Virus record (IMG/VR): IMGVR_UViG_3300020037_009644
Location: 64,001 to 128,000 of that record
Reading direction: 5' to 3' (one strand)
DNA length: 64,000 nucleotides
Source: a virus
Taxonomy: Duplodnaviria; Caudoviricetes
Shown here: positions 19,143-28,400 of the stretch, piece after piece
Numbering within the stretch: the first letter of the stretch is position 1
How the letters are laid out: every line of letters starts with the position of its first letter
Position numbers and translations under genes: made by a program
Notes under the pieces: generated by a model
What the model saw: only the letters and a program-made list of their open reading frames with translations
Told to the model about the DNA's origin: nothing
The model's database searches: none

Positions 19143-20146
19143 TCTTGCGGACTTATTTCGTGAATGATATCGTCCAAAGTCAATTTCAACCTCCCAAATT
19201 GTTTAATGAAATGCTTTTGTTCGGCGACCCAGGGAACTCTTTGACTTAGCTTGTTTCTTTTAGATGATTCGTGTCCAAATATTTTGGCTTTTTGCGAATA
19301 AGCCATCCCCAGCTGCAAGAAATCTATTTCGTTAGAGAACAAATATGAGGCTTTGCCAACCAAGAAAAGAAAATCACATATGGTGAACTTAAGAAATTTG
19401 AAGATATTGCTATTGGAAAATAGCCCCATTTCTTTATCCATAATAATTGGAGTTATCCCCTGACTATGTAAAAAATGAGCTAACGAAGAAATTTCCGCAA
19501 AGCTCAAATCGAAATAATTTTCGGGGTTGCTAGAATATCCCATTTTGGATGGAAGAATTAAAGCAAATGGAAATCCGGAAAGCCAGGGGTTTATTTTGTA
19601 AGATTTACCCATCTCATCTAGTTCAGGAGATGGTTTGCGTGGAAAGTATTTTAATTGGGGAAAGTACTTACTTTTCCATGGGAACAAGAAATTCTTAGAA
19701 ATAATCTGCCACGATGGTTTATCTTGGTTTTCAATCTTAAACCCAAAAATATTGCGACAAACTTCCATGTTGAACTCTAGATTAAAAATTGGATTCTTTC
19801 CATCTAGAGTAAAAAGTGGAGATGGATATAGATCGGTAAGAATTTTTTGATTATCAAATTTGTAGTCAAAACCCATCATGTCGACGATGTCTTTGTGATG
19901 ATGCGGAAAAAATCCAACGATGTCTTTTGATAATCTTTGTTCTTTGAGATATTCAAAGATGGAACAGGCAAATAAAGTTTCCCATAATCCTTGTTGAATT
20001 GTAAATCCAACAATCTTTGAATTTGTAAGAATTCTTTTTATATCTTCGCTTGATGAAGACGCAATTAGTCTATCGTCTTTAACTTTCCAAGATTGGAATG
20101 GACAAAACGGATACCTAAGTTCTTTTAGATCCTGATCTTTTTTCAC
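19139..20146 (-). CDS. Hypothetical, GT9-like degenerate protein
   Basis: GTG start. QGLWETLFACSIFEYLK aligns with the GT9 N-terminal GxGD-helix-LK pattern. Confidence 0.5.
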   Translation of the reverse strand: MKKDQDLKELRYPFCPFQSWKVKDDRLIASSSSEDIKRILTNSKIVGFTIQQGLWETLFACSIFEYLKEQRLSKDIVGFFPHHHKDIVDMMGFDYKFDNQKILTDLYPSPLFTLDGKNPIFNLEFNMEVCRNIFGFKIENQDKPSWQIISKNFLFPWKSKYFPQLKYFPRKPSPELDEMGKSYKINPWLSGFPFALILPSKMGYSSNPENYFDLSFAEISSLAHFLHSQGITPIIMDKEMGLFSNSNIFKFLKFTICDFLFLVGKASYLFSNEIDFLQLGMAYSQKAKIFGHESSKRNKLSQRVPWVAEQKHFIKQFGRLKLTLDDIIHEISPQE

Positions 20147-20214
20147 AAACCCGAACTTTCACCTCATAAATAATGACGGCTCCAAAAAGGTAAAGCCCAA
20201 ATAAATACGAACAT

Positions 20215-21321
20215 TTACGCAGCATCGCAAAGCTCCATGATTTTAAATGTTACATCATCCCAAGAATACCCGGGAGGATTGAAAAATGGTTTAAATTTGG
20301 ATAAAAGAAATTCTATATTGTTGTAACAATACCTAAGTGTATCGACAGCCAAATCAATATTTGCAGAGAAGATTGCGTTTTGTGGACTTCCTTGGTAATA
20401 TTGCATATTGAGAGGGGCTTTGACAAGTTTGCCATCAATTAGAAGAGAGTTATTATCGTTGCAAAAATCCAAATGCCCACCATACCGAGGAGCAATGACA
20501 ACGTTGTTACAATAAAGTCCGTCGAGAGCCGGAATGTAAAAAGCTTCAGCATAGGTTAGGGTATAAATGACCTGACAAGATTTATGAAGAGAATAGATGC
20601 TTGGAACAAAAGAGTCGATTAATTCTATTTCTGGTCGATTAGGATAAAGCGAGTTTAAATCCTTGATGATCTTATGAACGTCTACCTCGAAGGCTTGAGT
20701 TATTTTTTTAGAAGAAGAGAGCCGAGCAACGAGACAAACATTATCATTGCTCGTAAATGCTTTGTAAAAAGCTTCAATGGCGTCTCGAATTCTTTTTCGA
20801 GTATGGGGTTGCCCGATAACCATTAAGAATTTGACTTCTTTTTTGGTTTTTAGCGGATATGGTTCGGCAGAGGCAATCTCGGCAAGATCGACGCCGTGAG
20901 GAATTACCTTAAGCTTGCTTTCAGGGACCCCAGATGAAATAAAAATATCTTTGGCAAATAATGATGGCGGAAGAATCAAATCTACGTATTGATCGCCAGA
21001 GCAATATTTGACGAAATTGGTTGGAATATTGGGAGCAAATTCGTAGCACCAAATCCCGAATCGATTTTTAGTTCCAGAAGAAAGGTAATTTGGATAGTTC
21101 AGCGGAGCTGTATAGCTGATCTGACAATCGTAAACTCCAGAAGGCTTGTCTCGAAGATATGGTTTAAGATCTTCGCTTAGAAAACATTGCTCTACGCCAT
21201 CGGTTGAAATCAGATCAAGATTATGACCTGATTTAATCATCGAACGAGCTAGATTTTTAGCGACGACGCTCCAGCTGTGATTTTTTCCAAAGAGGAATTG
21301 TTGGATTTTGATTCTTGACAA
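20215..21321 (-). CDS. Glycosyltransferase family 4
   Basis: PPSLF, VIPHGVD, RKRI, AEAFYIPALD (EX7D), GGHLDF. TTG start with GGAG SD. Confidence 0.9.
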   Translation of the reverse strand: MSRIKIQQFLFGKNHSWSVVAKNLARSMIKSGHNLDLISTDGVEQCFLSEDLKPYLRDKPSGVYDCQISYTAPLNYPNYLSSGTKNRFGIWCYEFAPNIPTNFVKYCSGDQYVDLILPPSLFAKDIFISSGVPESKLKVIPHGVDLAEIASAEPYPLKTKKEVKFLMVIGQPHTRKRIRDAIEAFYKAFTSNDNVCLVARLSSSKKITQAFEVDVHKIIKDLNSLYPNRPEIELIDSFVPSIYSLHKSCQVIYTLTYAEAFYIPALDGLYCNNVVIAPRYGGHLDFCNDNNSLLIDGKLVKAPLNMQYYQGSPQNAIFSANIDLAVDTLRYCYNNIEFLLSKFKPFFNPPGYSWDDVTFKIMELCDAA

Positions 21322-21884
21322 GATTGAGCTCCGGTGCCATTAAAGGCGGAACTCAACTTTTTGCCGATGGGCAGCTTAAACATGATGCCGCCAAGTCGCG
21401 AGCCTCCCCAAAAACTCACCTGGGTGTGCTCAGCTGAAACTGGAGGAAAATTCAAAGAGAAGTTCCGGTCTTTTTGACTAGAGCTATAACTCAATGTCAG
21501 ATGAGGAATGAATTCGGGGTAATCTTTTGAGAACTCAAAACCGGCTTCAAGAAGAGCTTTCTCAAGCCCGTTCTGAAAAGAAATCAAATAGGGAGTCTGA
21601 AACTTGACGATAATCGGAATTCCTTTTTCTCCAGCAATTTCTTGAGGTATCGCCGAATCTTTGGGAAAAGTGCCCACCTCGTCCATAATGGTGTCGAAGG
21701 GGCGCTGTTTCTCCAGATAGGCAGCTGTGACCTCCATCAGCCGAGCGACCTCGCCAATCGGCAATTTTGGAAGATAGGAGAGGGTCACGTGGTAGCTCTC
21801 GGGATGGGTTTTCTTACCGGGGACCGGAAGTCCAAAAAGCACCTCAGCAACTTTCGGGGGGACGGTTAAACAAAGAATTGACAT
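21249..21884 (-). CDS. 2H phosphoesterase (2',3'-cyclic phosphodiesterase / T4 57B-Acb1-like)
   Basis: Two HxT motifs: YHVTL and PHLTL. Start at 21884 gives a TAATG overlap with the ligase. Confidence 0.88.
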   Translation of the reverse strand: MSILCLTVPPKVAEVLFGLPVPGKKTHPESYHVTLSYLPKLPIGEVARLMEVTAAYLEKQRPFDTIMDEVGTFPKDSAIPQEIAGEKGIPIIVKFQTPYLISFQNGLEKALLEAGFEFSKDYPEFIPHLTLSYSSSQKDRNFSLNFPPVSAEHTQVSFWGGSRLGGIMFKLPIGKKLSSAFNGTGAQSCQESKSNNSSLEKITAGASSLKI

Positions 21885-22552
21885 TATTCCCAGTATCCTT
21901 TCCAATCATCTTTGAAATGGTTTTTCAATTTTTCCATATATGAATTTGTTTTAACCTTGCAAACAGATTGGTATTTTCCATAGCCTTTGCAAACAACACC
22001 CTCGACAACGTCGAAATTACCTTTCCTAACGTCTTCTACAAAAGAGCCATTGAATTTTCCTTGATAGATGACTCTCGCCGATCGGCAATCTTTAGCAACA
22101 TTAACAAAAATATCTGGGGATAGATACGTTTCTAGAATTTTTTCTTCTTGATTTTTCAACAAAATGAGATCAATTAAAACAACATCATGACTTGATCTTG
22201 GATTATGTTGTCCGGCAAAAGAGTCTTTTCCGAAATATTCGAAGACAAAACGAACATTGTCATAATGATTCAAATTGCACTTTTGCAATCTTGTCAAAAT
22301 TAGATCTCCATAATTCTTGAGATATTCCCAGATATAGTCTCCAGCCCACTTAATTTCCGGATGAATATTGGAAAACTCACTTTTGAAAAAATAATCATGT
22401 AAAGGATAATCCGAACGAGTTCCATACATGAAATTTTTTGGATTTTCAAGATCATGTTCGGCAACCAAACACGTCCCATCATATTTTTCGAACGCAATAA
22501 ATTTGTCCATCATTATTTCAAATGATGATGGAATTTTGCAATAGTTTTTCAT
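21884..22552 (-). CDS. RNA ligase-like ATP-dependent nucleotidyltransferase (Rnl2-type core)
   Basis: Motif I FEKYDGT, III FEYFG, IIIa LIDL, IV EGVVCK, V KVKT. Confidence 0.85.
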   Translation of the reverse strand: MKNYCKIPSSFEIMMDKFIAFEKYDGTCLVAEHDLENPKNFMYGTRSDYPLHDYFFKSEFSNIHPEIKWAGDYIWEYLKNYGDLILTRLQKCNLNHYDNVRFVFEYFGKDSFAGQHNPRSSHDVVLIDLILLKNQEEKILETYLSPDIFVNVAKDCRSARVIYQGKFNGSFVEDVRKGNFDVVEGVVCKGYGKYQSVCKVKTNSYMEKLKNHFKDDWKGYWE

Positions 22553-22571
22553 TTCTTACTCTAATTTTGTT

Positions 22572-25478
22572 TTAGGACCCAATCAAACCGGCAACTTGGC
22601 TGCTTGATACGGTGATTTGCGGATTGTTCCAACCGGCTTTCTTGAGATAGACGGTTACAATAATCTTCGTTGTCAAGGTAAGGTAAACGTTGTCTTCTTG
22701 CAAGTTGTTTGTATCAAAGGTCAACATTCCCGTATCCTGATCAACCAGAACTCCAATACTCATTAACTGAGGGGTTACTTCTAGATCAAGCCCGGCGTAA
22801 ATTGATCCAACGACAGCTGTAAACCTAACTCGACCCAAAGCTAGATCCTCCGGTTGAACAGAAGAGCAATCAGCATATTTCATTGCCGAGTATCCTTTGC
22901 TAGTCAATCCAGATCCTCGATCAGCAACAAAAGCATCGAAAACATTGATTGAAGAGTCAACCAGGGTGGAGGTAGGCATATTGATCTCGACAATTCCGAT
23001 CTCGAAATCTTGTTTCATGACCGCGCCGTCGGGTCGAAGAATCTGTCCGGTTCCGATGATTAAGTTGTCTGGAATGCTAAAATCAGTTCTCCCAGGATCG
23101 ACCGACGGAATTGTCTCATTGAGATTTTCGCATAGGCTCGCGCTTGTCGAAGTACAATCAGACTCGTCGACGGCATTCGAATAGGTAAAGGCTGCGGGGA
23201 CCTGTCTTGTTGCTGAGGAAAGAGCAATAAGCCATGGTTGCCAAAATGGCTGGTGAATTATTTGATAGGTAACATCAGAAAATGGAACTGTTGTAAATAC
23301 CGGATCCAAATTAATGACCGGAGAAACAAGATAACCATCGTAGATAATGTCGGAAGAAGAGAGGTCGTCAAAATTTCCTTCGGTTCCGGTATATCCGTCG
23401 AAGAAATAACCATCTTCTCGACAATAAATGTAATCGTATCGTCCGGTTAACTCCTCGACGGTTAACTGAAGTGTCGTAAAAGAACTTCCTCCAGAAAAGC
23501 TATTGGTTACCTTGTTAATGTAATTGTTAAGCTCATTGAGATCTAGGGCATCAACGTATCCATCACCATTAACATCGGCTCTTAAAATTTCCAGAGCTGT
23601 AAAGTAACCGTCGATTATTTTTTGCTGGGTCGTTGATGAAGAAAGACTTTCTCCAACGAGACCGGCGGCTGCCGCCAGCGAGCTAGCATCAATAACCCCG
23701 ACGCCAAGAACATCTCCCAGCAAATTGGTACATCGAAGAGCCTCAACAATTTTATAGGCTGTTCCGGCGTTGGCTTTGTTGGGAACAAATTTTGAACCAA
23801 GGAGGTTGGTCGATAGAAGATCTGCGTCTGGATTGACGATGGTGAATTTATTATCGACCGCCATTCCTGGATACGATTGAACCTGTTCGATGGTTGTAAA
23901 TTCAGCCGGATTGGTATCTTTGACGCCACCAACAATTAAGGGCTCAGAGACGGATTGAAGAGATTCGAGATCTGATTCTGAGATAAGACTTAAGGTGGGC
24001 TCGAATTGCTGCCTCGTGTAAATCGGATTTCCGTTTCTTTCGTCAGAGGAGACCTGAGACGGAGTGCTCGTAGCTTGAATGATGGCGACGTTAAGAACGT
24101 TTTGACCGGTATCTTCGAAAGAATACCACCCGGATTCGTTGTCGATCGTTGCCCCTGTCTCGTCGTCGATTGTCGTTTTGGATAGAGACATTGGGTTGCC
24201 GGCGTCATAGCCGGCACCATCGGCAATCTTGATAGCATCGGTCCAAATTTGGAACCAAAGATCTTCTTCTTCATTGTCTACCCAAACCGACCCGGAAAAA
24301 AGAGTCTCTCGAGAATTATCGGTTCGGTTATCAGCAACCCCGATATGAATGTCGTTAAGGTTGGCTGCGCCAGAGCGTTTGATCGTTACGGCATAATAAG
24401 ATGAAACAACAATTCCTCCAGAATTTCCAATCGGAGTTCCTGAGAAAACAAAATCAACCGGCTGTAAAACGTCGTTGAGAATGTATCCAGCATCTTTCAA
24501 TGTCGACTGGTTAAAAGAAACCTGAGCAACAGGAGAGATTGAAGGATCAAATTCTATAGCCAGATCTGGGACAATGTCAGATTGGCAGGCGATAGATGTT
24601 TGCAATGGATAAATTGAGACAATTAAATCTCCTGTCCAGTTGAACTTATTTTCCTCTAATGCTCCGGAAATCTCTTCAACACCAAGGAGGAGGGTAACCT
24701 TCTGAAGATTGTCGGTCAGCCCTTGAAATTTTTGACCCACCATCGAAGAAACATCACCAGCGATTAGCTCTTTATCAGTAAGAGAAGATGTTGAGGTGAT
24801 ATTCAGTCCGTCAACAGAGTATTCAGATCCAATTCCAGCCTGAATTATCTGCTCGAGGGTTGAAGAGTCGTCTGGTTTTTTAAAGTCTCTCCAGAAAAGA
24901 TCAGGTTCGAGATCTTGAGAGACCATAATGGCGTCTCGAGAAATTTGGAAAGAAGCAGCCTCTCGAATGATGACTCTACCACCAAGATTGTGAGAACAAT
25001 TATCGTTACCCTTGAAATCGTTGAAAAAGATAGCTAAAATTTCTTTATAGTGTCTTTTGGTTACCTGGCTTTCGTTCTTGAAAAAATAAAAGCGATCGAG
25101 TTGAAGAGAACCGTCGAAAGAAAGACCGATAACGGCTACTTTAACAGAAGATCTTCCTTTGACATCAGATCCTGAGAGAACAATTTCAATTTGGTTGCCA
25201 AGATTGATGTCCGACGGCTGATTTGAAACATGAATTCCTGTCCCATCGAAAATGTTGGCAGCGACGAGGGCAATTTGATCGACTGAAAGATCGTCCGAGT
25301 CAAATAAAATGTTTTGGGTCAGCTGAGAAGGGAGAACACCGCTTCCAAAATGGTTGTTAATGACTGCGGAAAGGCTTTGATCAACGTGGTCCTGTTCGAC
25401 CTCAAGATCTTTTTGGGCAACCCGCTGAGCGTCGTGCCAAATGTTTTCAATAACCGAAGAAGGAAGGCGAATGGTCAT
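22572..25478 (-). CDS. Virion structural (baseplate/fibre-associated) protein with dockerin-like Ca-binding repeat
   Basis: Acidic, beta-rich, last gene of the baseplate module. RADVNGDGYVDALDLNEL. 5 DGY motifs. Confidence 0.7.
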   Translation of the reverse strand: MTIRLPSSVIENIWHDAQRVAQKDLEVEQDHVDQSLSAVINNHFGSGVLPSQLTQNILFDSDDLSVDQIALVAANIFDGTGIHVSNQPSDINLGNQIEIVLSGSDVKGRSSVKVAVIGLSFDGSLQLDRFYFFKNESQVTKRHYKEILAIFFNDFKGNDNCSHNLGGRVIIREAASFQISRDAIMVSQDLEPDLFWRDFKKPDDSSTLEQIIQAGIGSEYSVDGLNITSTSSLTDKELIAGDVSSMVGQKFQGLTDNLQKVTLLLGVEEISGALEENKFNWTGDLIVSIYPLQTSIACQSDIVPDLAIEFDPSISPVAQVSFNQSTLKDAGYILNDVLQPVDFVFSGTPIGNSGGIVVSSYYAVTIKRSGAANLNDIHIGVADNRTDNSRETLFSGSVWVDNEEEDLWFQIWTDAIKIADGAGYDAGNPMSLSKTTIDDETGATIDNESGWYSFEDTGQNVLNVAIIQATSTPSQVSSDERNGNPIYTRQQFEPTLSLISESDLESLQSVSEPLIVGGVKDTNPAEFTTIEQVQSYPGMAVDNKFTIVNPDADLLSTNLLGSKFVPNKANAGTAYKIVEALRCTNLLGDVLGVGVIDASSLAAAAGLVGESLSSSTTQQKIIDGYFTALEILRADVNGDGYVDALDLNELNNYINKVTNSFSGGSSFTTLQLTVEELTGRYDYIYCREDGYFFDGYTGTEGNFDDLSSSDIIYDGYLVSPVINLDPVFTTVPFSDVTYQIIHQPFWQPWLIALSSATRQVPAAFTYSNAVDESDCTSTSASLCENLNETIPSVDPGRTDFSIPDNLIIGTGQILRPDGAVMKQDFEIGIVEINMPTSTLVDSSINVFDAFVADRGSGLTSKGYSAMKYADCSSVQPEDLALGRVRFTAVVGSIYAGLDLEVTPQLMSIGVLVDQDTGMLTFDTNNLQEDNVYLTLTTKIIVTVYLKKAGWNNPQITVSSSQVAGLIGS

Positions 25479-25489
25479 GACATAATACC

Positions 25490-28400
25490 CTAAGAGTAGT
25501 AATTGATTTTTGCTTTAGAAACTGCTGGCTTCAAGATGTCGATCAGTGTTTCCAGGATTTGTTTGACCTGGGCATTTCCGCTAACGTAGCCAAAAGAATC
25601 GATGACGTTCAATGTGAAGTTAAAAATCCCATAAGCTTCATCGTGAAGAATGGCGAAATCTTTCTTTTTGACAATTTCGGTGTCAAAGTTAATGATCTTG
25701 GTTGTATACAAATCTTCGATGGCTGGCAAGACGACGTCGATATTGGAGTTAAAGTTGAGGTCTTTTGATTGACCAGCAACGAGAGCTGGCGACTTTGCTA
25801 TATTGCTGAATTTGACGTTATCGAAAGAGGCATAAGCCGTATGTTTTCCAAGATAATCACCCCCTAAAAAGAGCTGATTGATCGAGTCGGCAAAATTGAT
25901 GTCGGAGGTTAAAGGCGAATCCCCACCACGCTGACCGAAGACCAAGCCTTGACCAAACTTAAAACCTTGTCCGAACTTAATGGTTCCACCCTCTTCTCCA
26001 TCAATGAACATTCTGATTTGGTCTTCGTTGTCTCGATTGTTGAAATCAAAAGTAACCATGATACGATGCCAAGTTTGTCGAGCCCAAGAGACATACTGGC
26101 TAATTTTAAACTCTTGATCATCAACTATAACCGAAAGGCTAATAAAACCATAAGGATCTTTGTAAATTGAAAAGCGATTTCCGGAAACACCTGTCGGAAT
26201 ATAAGAAATTACGACCGGAGTATTTTGATACGGCAAGGATTGCTTAAGCTGAACCGTTCTTGAATCCGAACGAATCGTTGCGTCTCCGGAAATATCTTTG
26301 TCCGAGTTGGCAACTTTGATGCTGACTATTTCCGATATTCTTCCTGATGTTTTAATTGTATTTCTGGTCAAAGAAACAGTTTCTTCTACCGTTGCTCCAT
26401 AAGCATCGAAATAATAACGAAGAGTCGGATCATTGGGAACGTCGTACCGCGGGGAGATCCAAAATTCAATTGTCCCAGAATGATTTAAAGGCAAAATTCC
26501 AGCATTGTCGATAACATAAGGTTTTTCGGTAATTAACAAAGCCTTTTCGAAATTGGAGTTGACCGAAGCTGAGGTCTGAATAAAATCTCGGTCTCCGGAA
26601 ATCCATAGATCGGCATCATTTTCAAGAGGAAGAGAATCAAAGTGAAGAAGAACAAGAGTATTTTTGTTCTTCTTGAAAGGAGATATCCTGATTGAATCCT
26701 CGGTAAAACTCATGCCGTCAATGGAAGCTGGCTCTCCGATGCGAACATCTGTCATTTTTTTATTAAGAATTCTTAGCTCGTCAAGAATACCTTTAACCTG
26801 TTTATCTCCGTTCCTCGATGATCCTATAAAAATCTTTTCGTTTTCAAATGGATCAAATGGGAGAGAGAGGTAAGAGGAATAGTCAAACTCATAAAAAGCT
26901 TCTGGAAGAAGATACGGAACAGCAATCTCTCCGGCAGTTTCCAAGGTAAAAAATCCATTGACAAAACCAGCGTTACCAAGGCTGGTGTGATAGAGCTTAT
27001 ATATCCCAGAAGAAAAATCAGGCGGGGTCGGAGATGATACTCTGACGGTGTGCTCGTCGATTCTTTCGACAATTGAATAGGTTCCGACGGCTGGTCCTGG
27101 AGAAGAAATGACGATGTATTGATTGAGATCAGAGTCGACAAAAGATCCGCTCGAATCTGTTAAAAGATCTCCGACGCCACTCAACGTTCCATATCCTGAA
27201 GATACCTGGGTAGAATATCTCAAAATTGGATAATCATTATTACCTTCGCTGTACATCAAAGAGTAAGCTTCTTTGATTTCAACAGAGGTAGCATTGGCTG
27301 TCGAATAATAAGGAGTGACAATAACGTCGACGTCTGAGATTGAAGAAAATTTGTTAACCGTATTCTTGATCCCAGCAGAAGAAAACAAAAGCGTCTCTGT
27401 CGTGCTTCCGTTAATTGTAACAGAAACAGGGGTTGTAAAATCGGTATTTGACGATGTAACTCGAACTGATAGAGTTCTTCCTTGAGTTCCGTTGCTTGGC
27501 TGATAAGTTGTCAGATTATTAGCCGTAAAGACTCCTGATCCGAATGTTGCATTGTCCGGTCCGATTGGAACGAGAGGAAGGAGGACAGAATAAATGTTGA
27601 CCTCGGAGAGATTGATCGGGGCGGGAAGTTGTGTTTTAATTATGCTAGACGAGCTGCCGTAAACAAACTGTCTTTCACGAATTCGACGATGATTTAATCC
27701 GAGGGTTCGAACCAAAATTGTATCGCCAACCAGAGCATCTCCGAGAATTGTCAAAACATCTTGATTAAGAGCATTTTTGTCGATGCTATAATCTGGGAGA
27801 TCTGCGCGAAGTCCAGCAAGTTCGGTCTCAACTCCATCACGGAGAACAGAGACAACGATGTTTTTGTAAAATGCTAATTGGCTAGAAACGACTACGCTGT
27901 AAGCGTTGACGGTAAACTTAGCGTTGTCGAATGAAAGAGGAATGATTGAGCTTAAGGTTAGTTGATTTCCGGAGACAGAACTGATTGTATAGCTGCCCAA
28001 ACCAAGCTCGGGAAATTCTACAAGATCTCCTCCAACAATTCCGCCGGTGGTGAAATTAACCGAGTCTGAATAAATGATGCTGGACCCAGCCGCAAGATGC
28101 ATGTCGGCTCCATTGATGACATTCTTGGGAACCGTTCCAACGACATATTCCGGTTTGATTGTTCTAAAACGATCAGAAGACGAAGAGATTGGTCGTCCGC
28201 CATATTTCAGAATGTTGGGGACCTCGAACCCGTCAACGAAGAGATGCATTTCGTCACGCAGATCTGAGGAAGAGAGCTTCCAAGAAATTCCGATATGATG
28301 CTTTTCTCCAGCTAACCAATCAGAGACGTCTTTGCTAATTTGACGAAGAGCTCCTTGGTTATCATAAATTGAGAAACAAAGATACCCAGAGCCATCTTTG

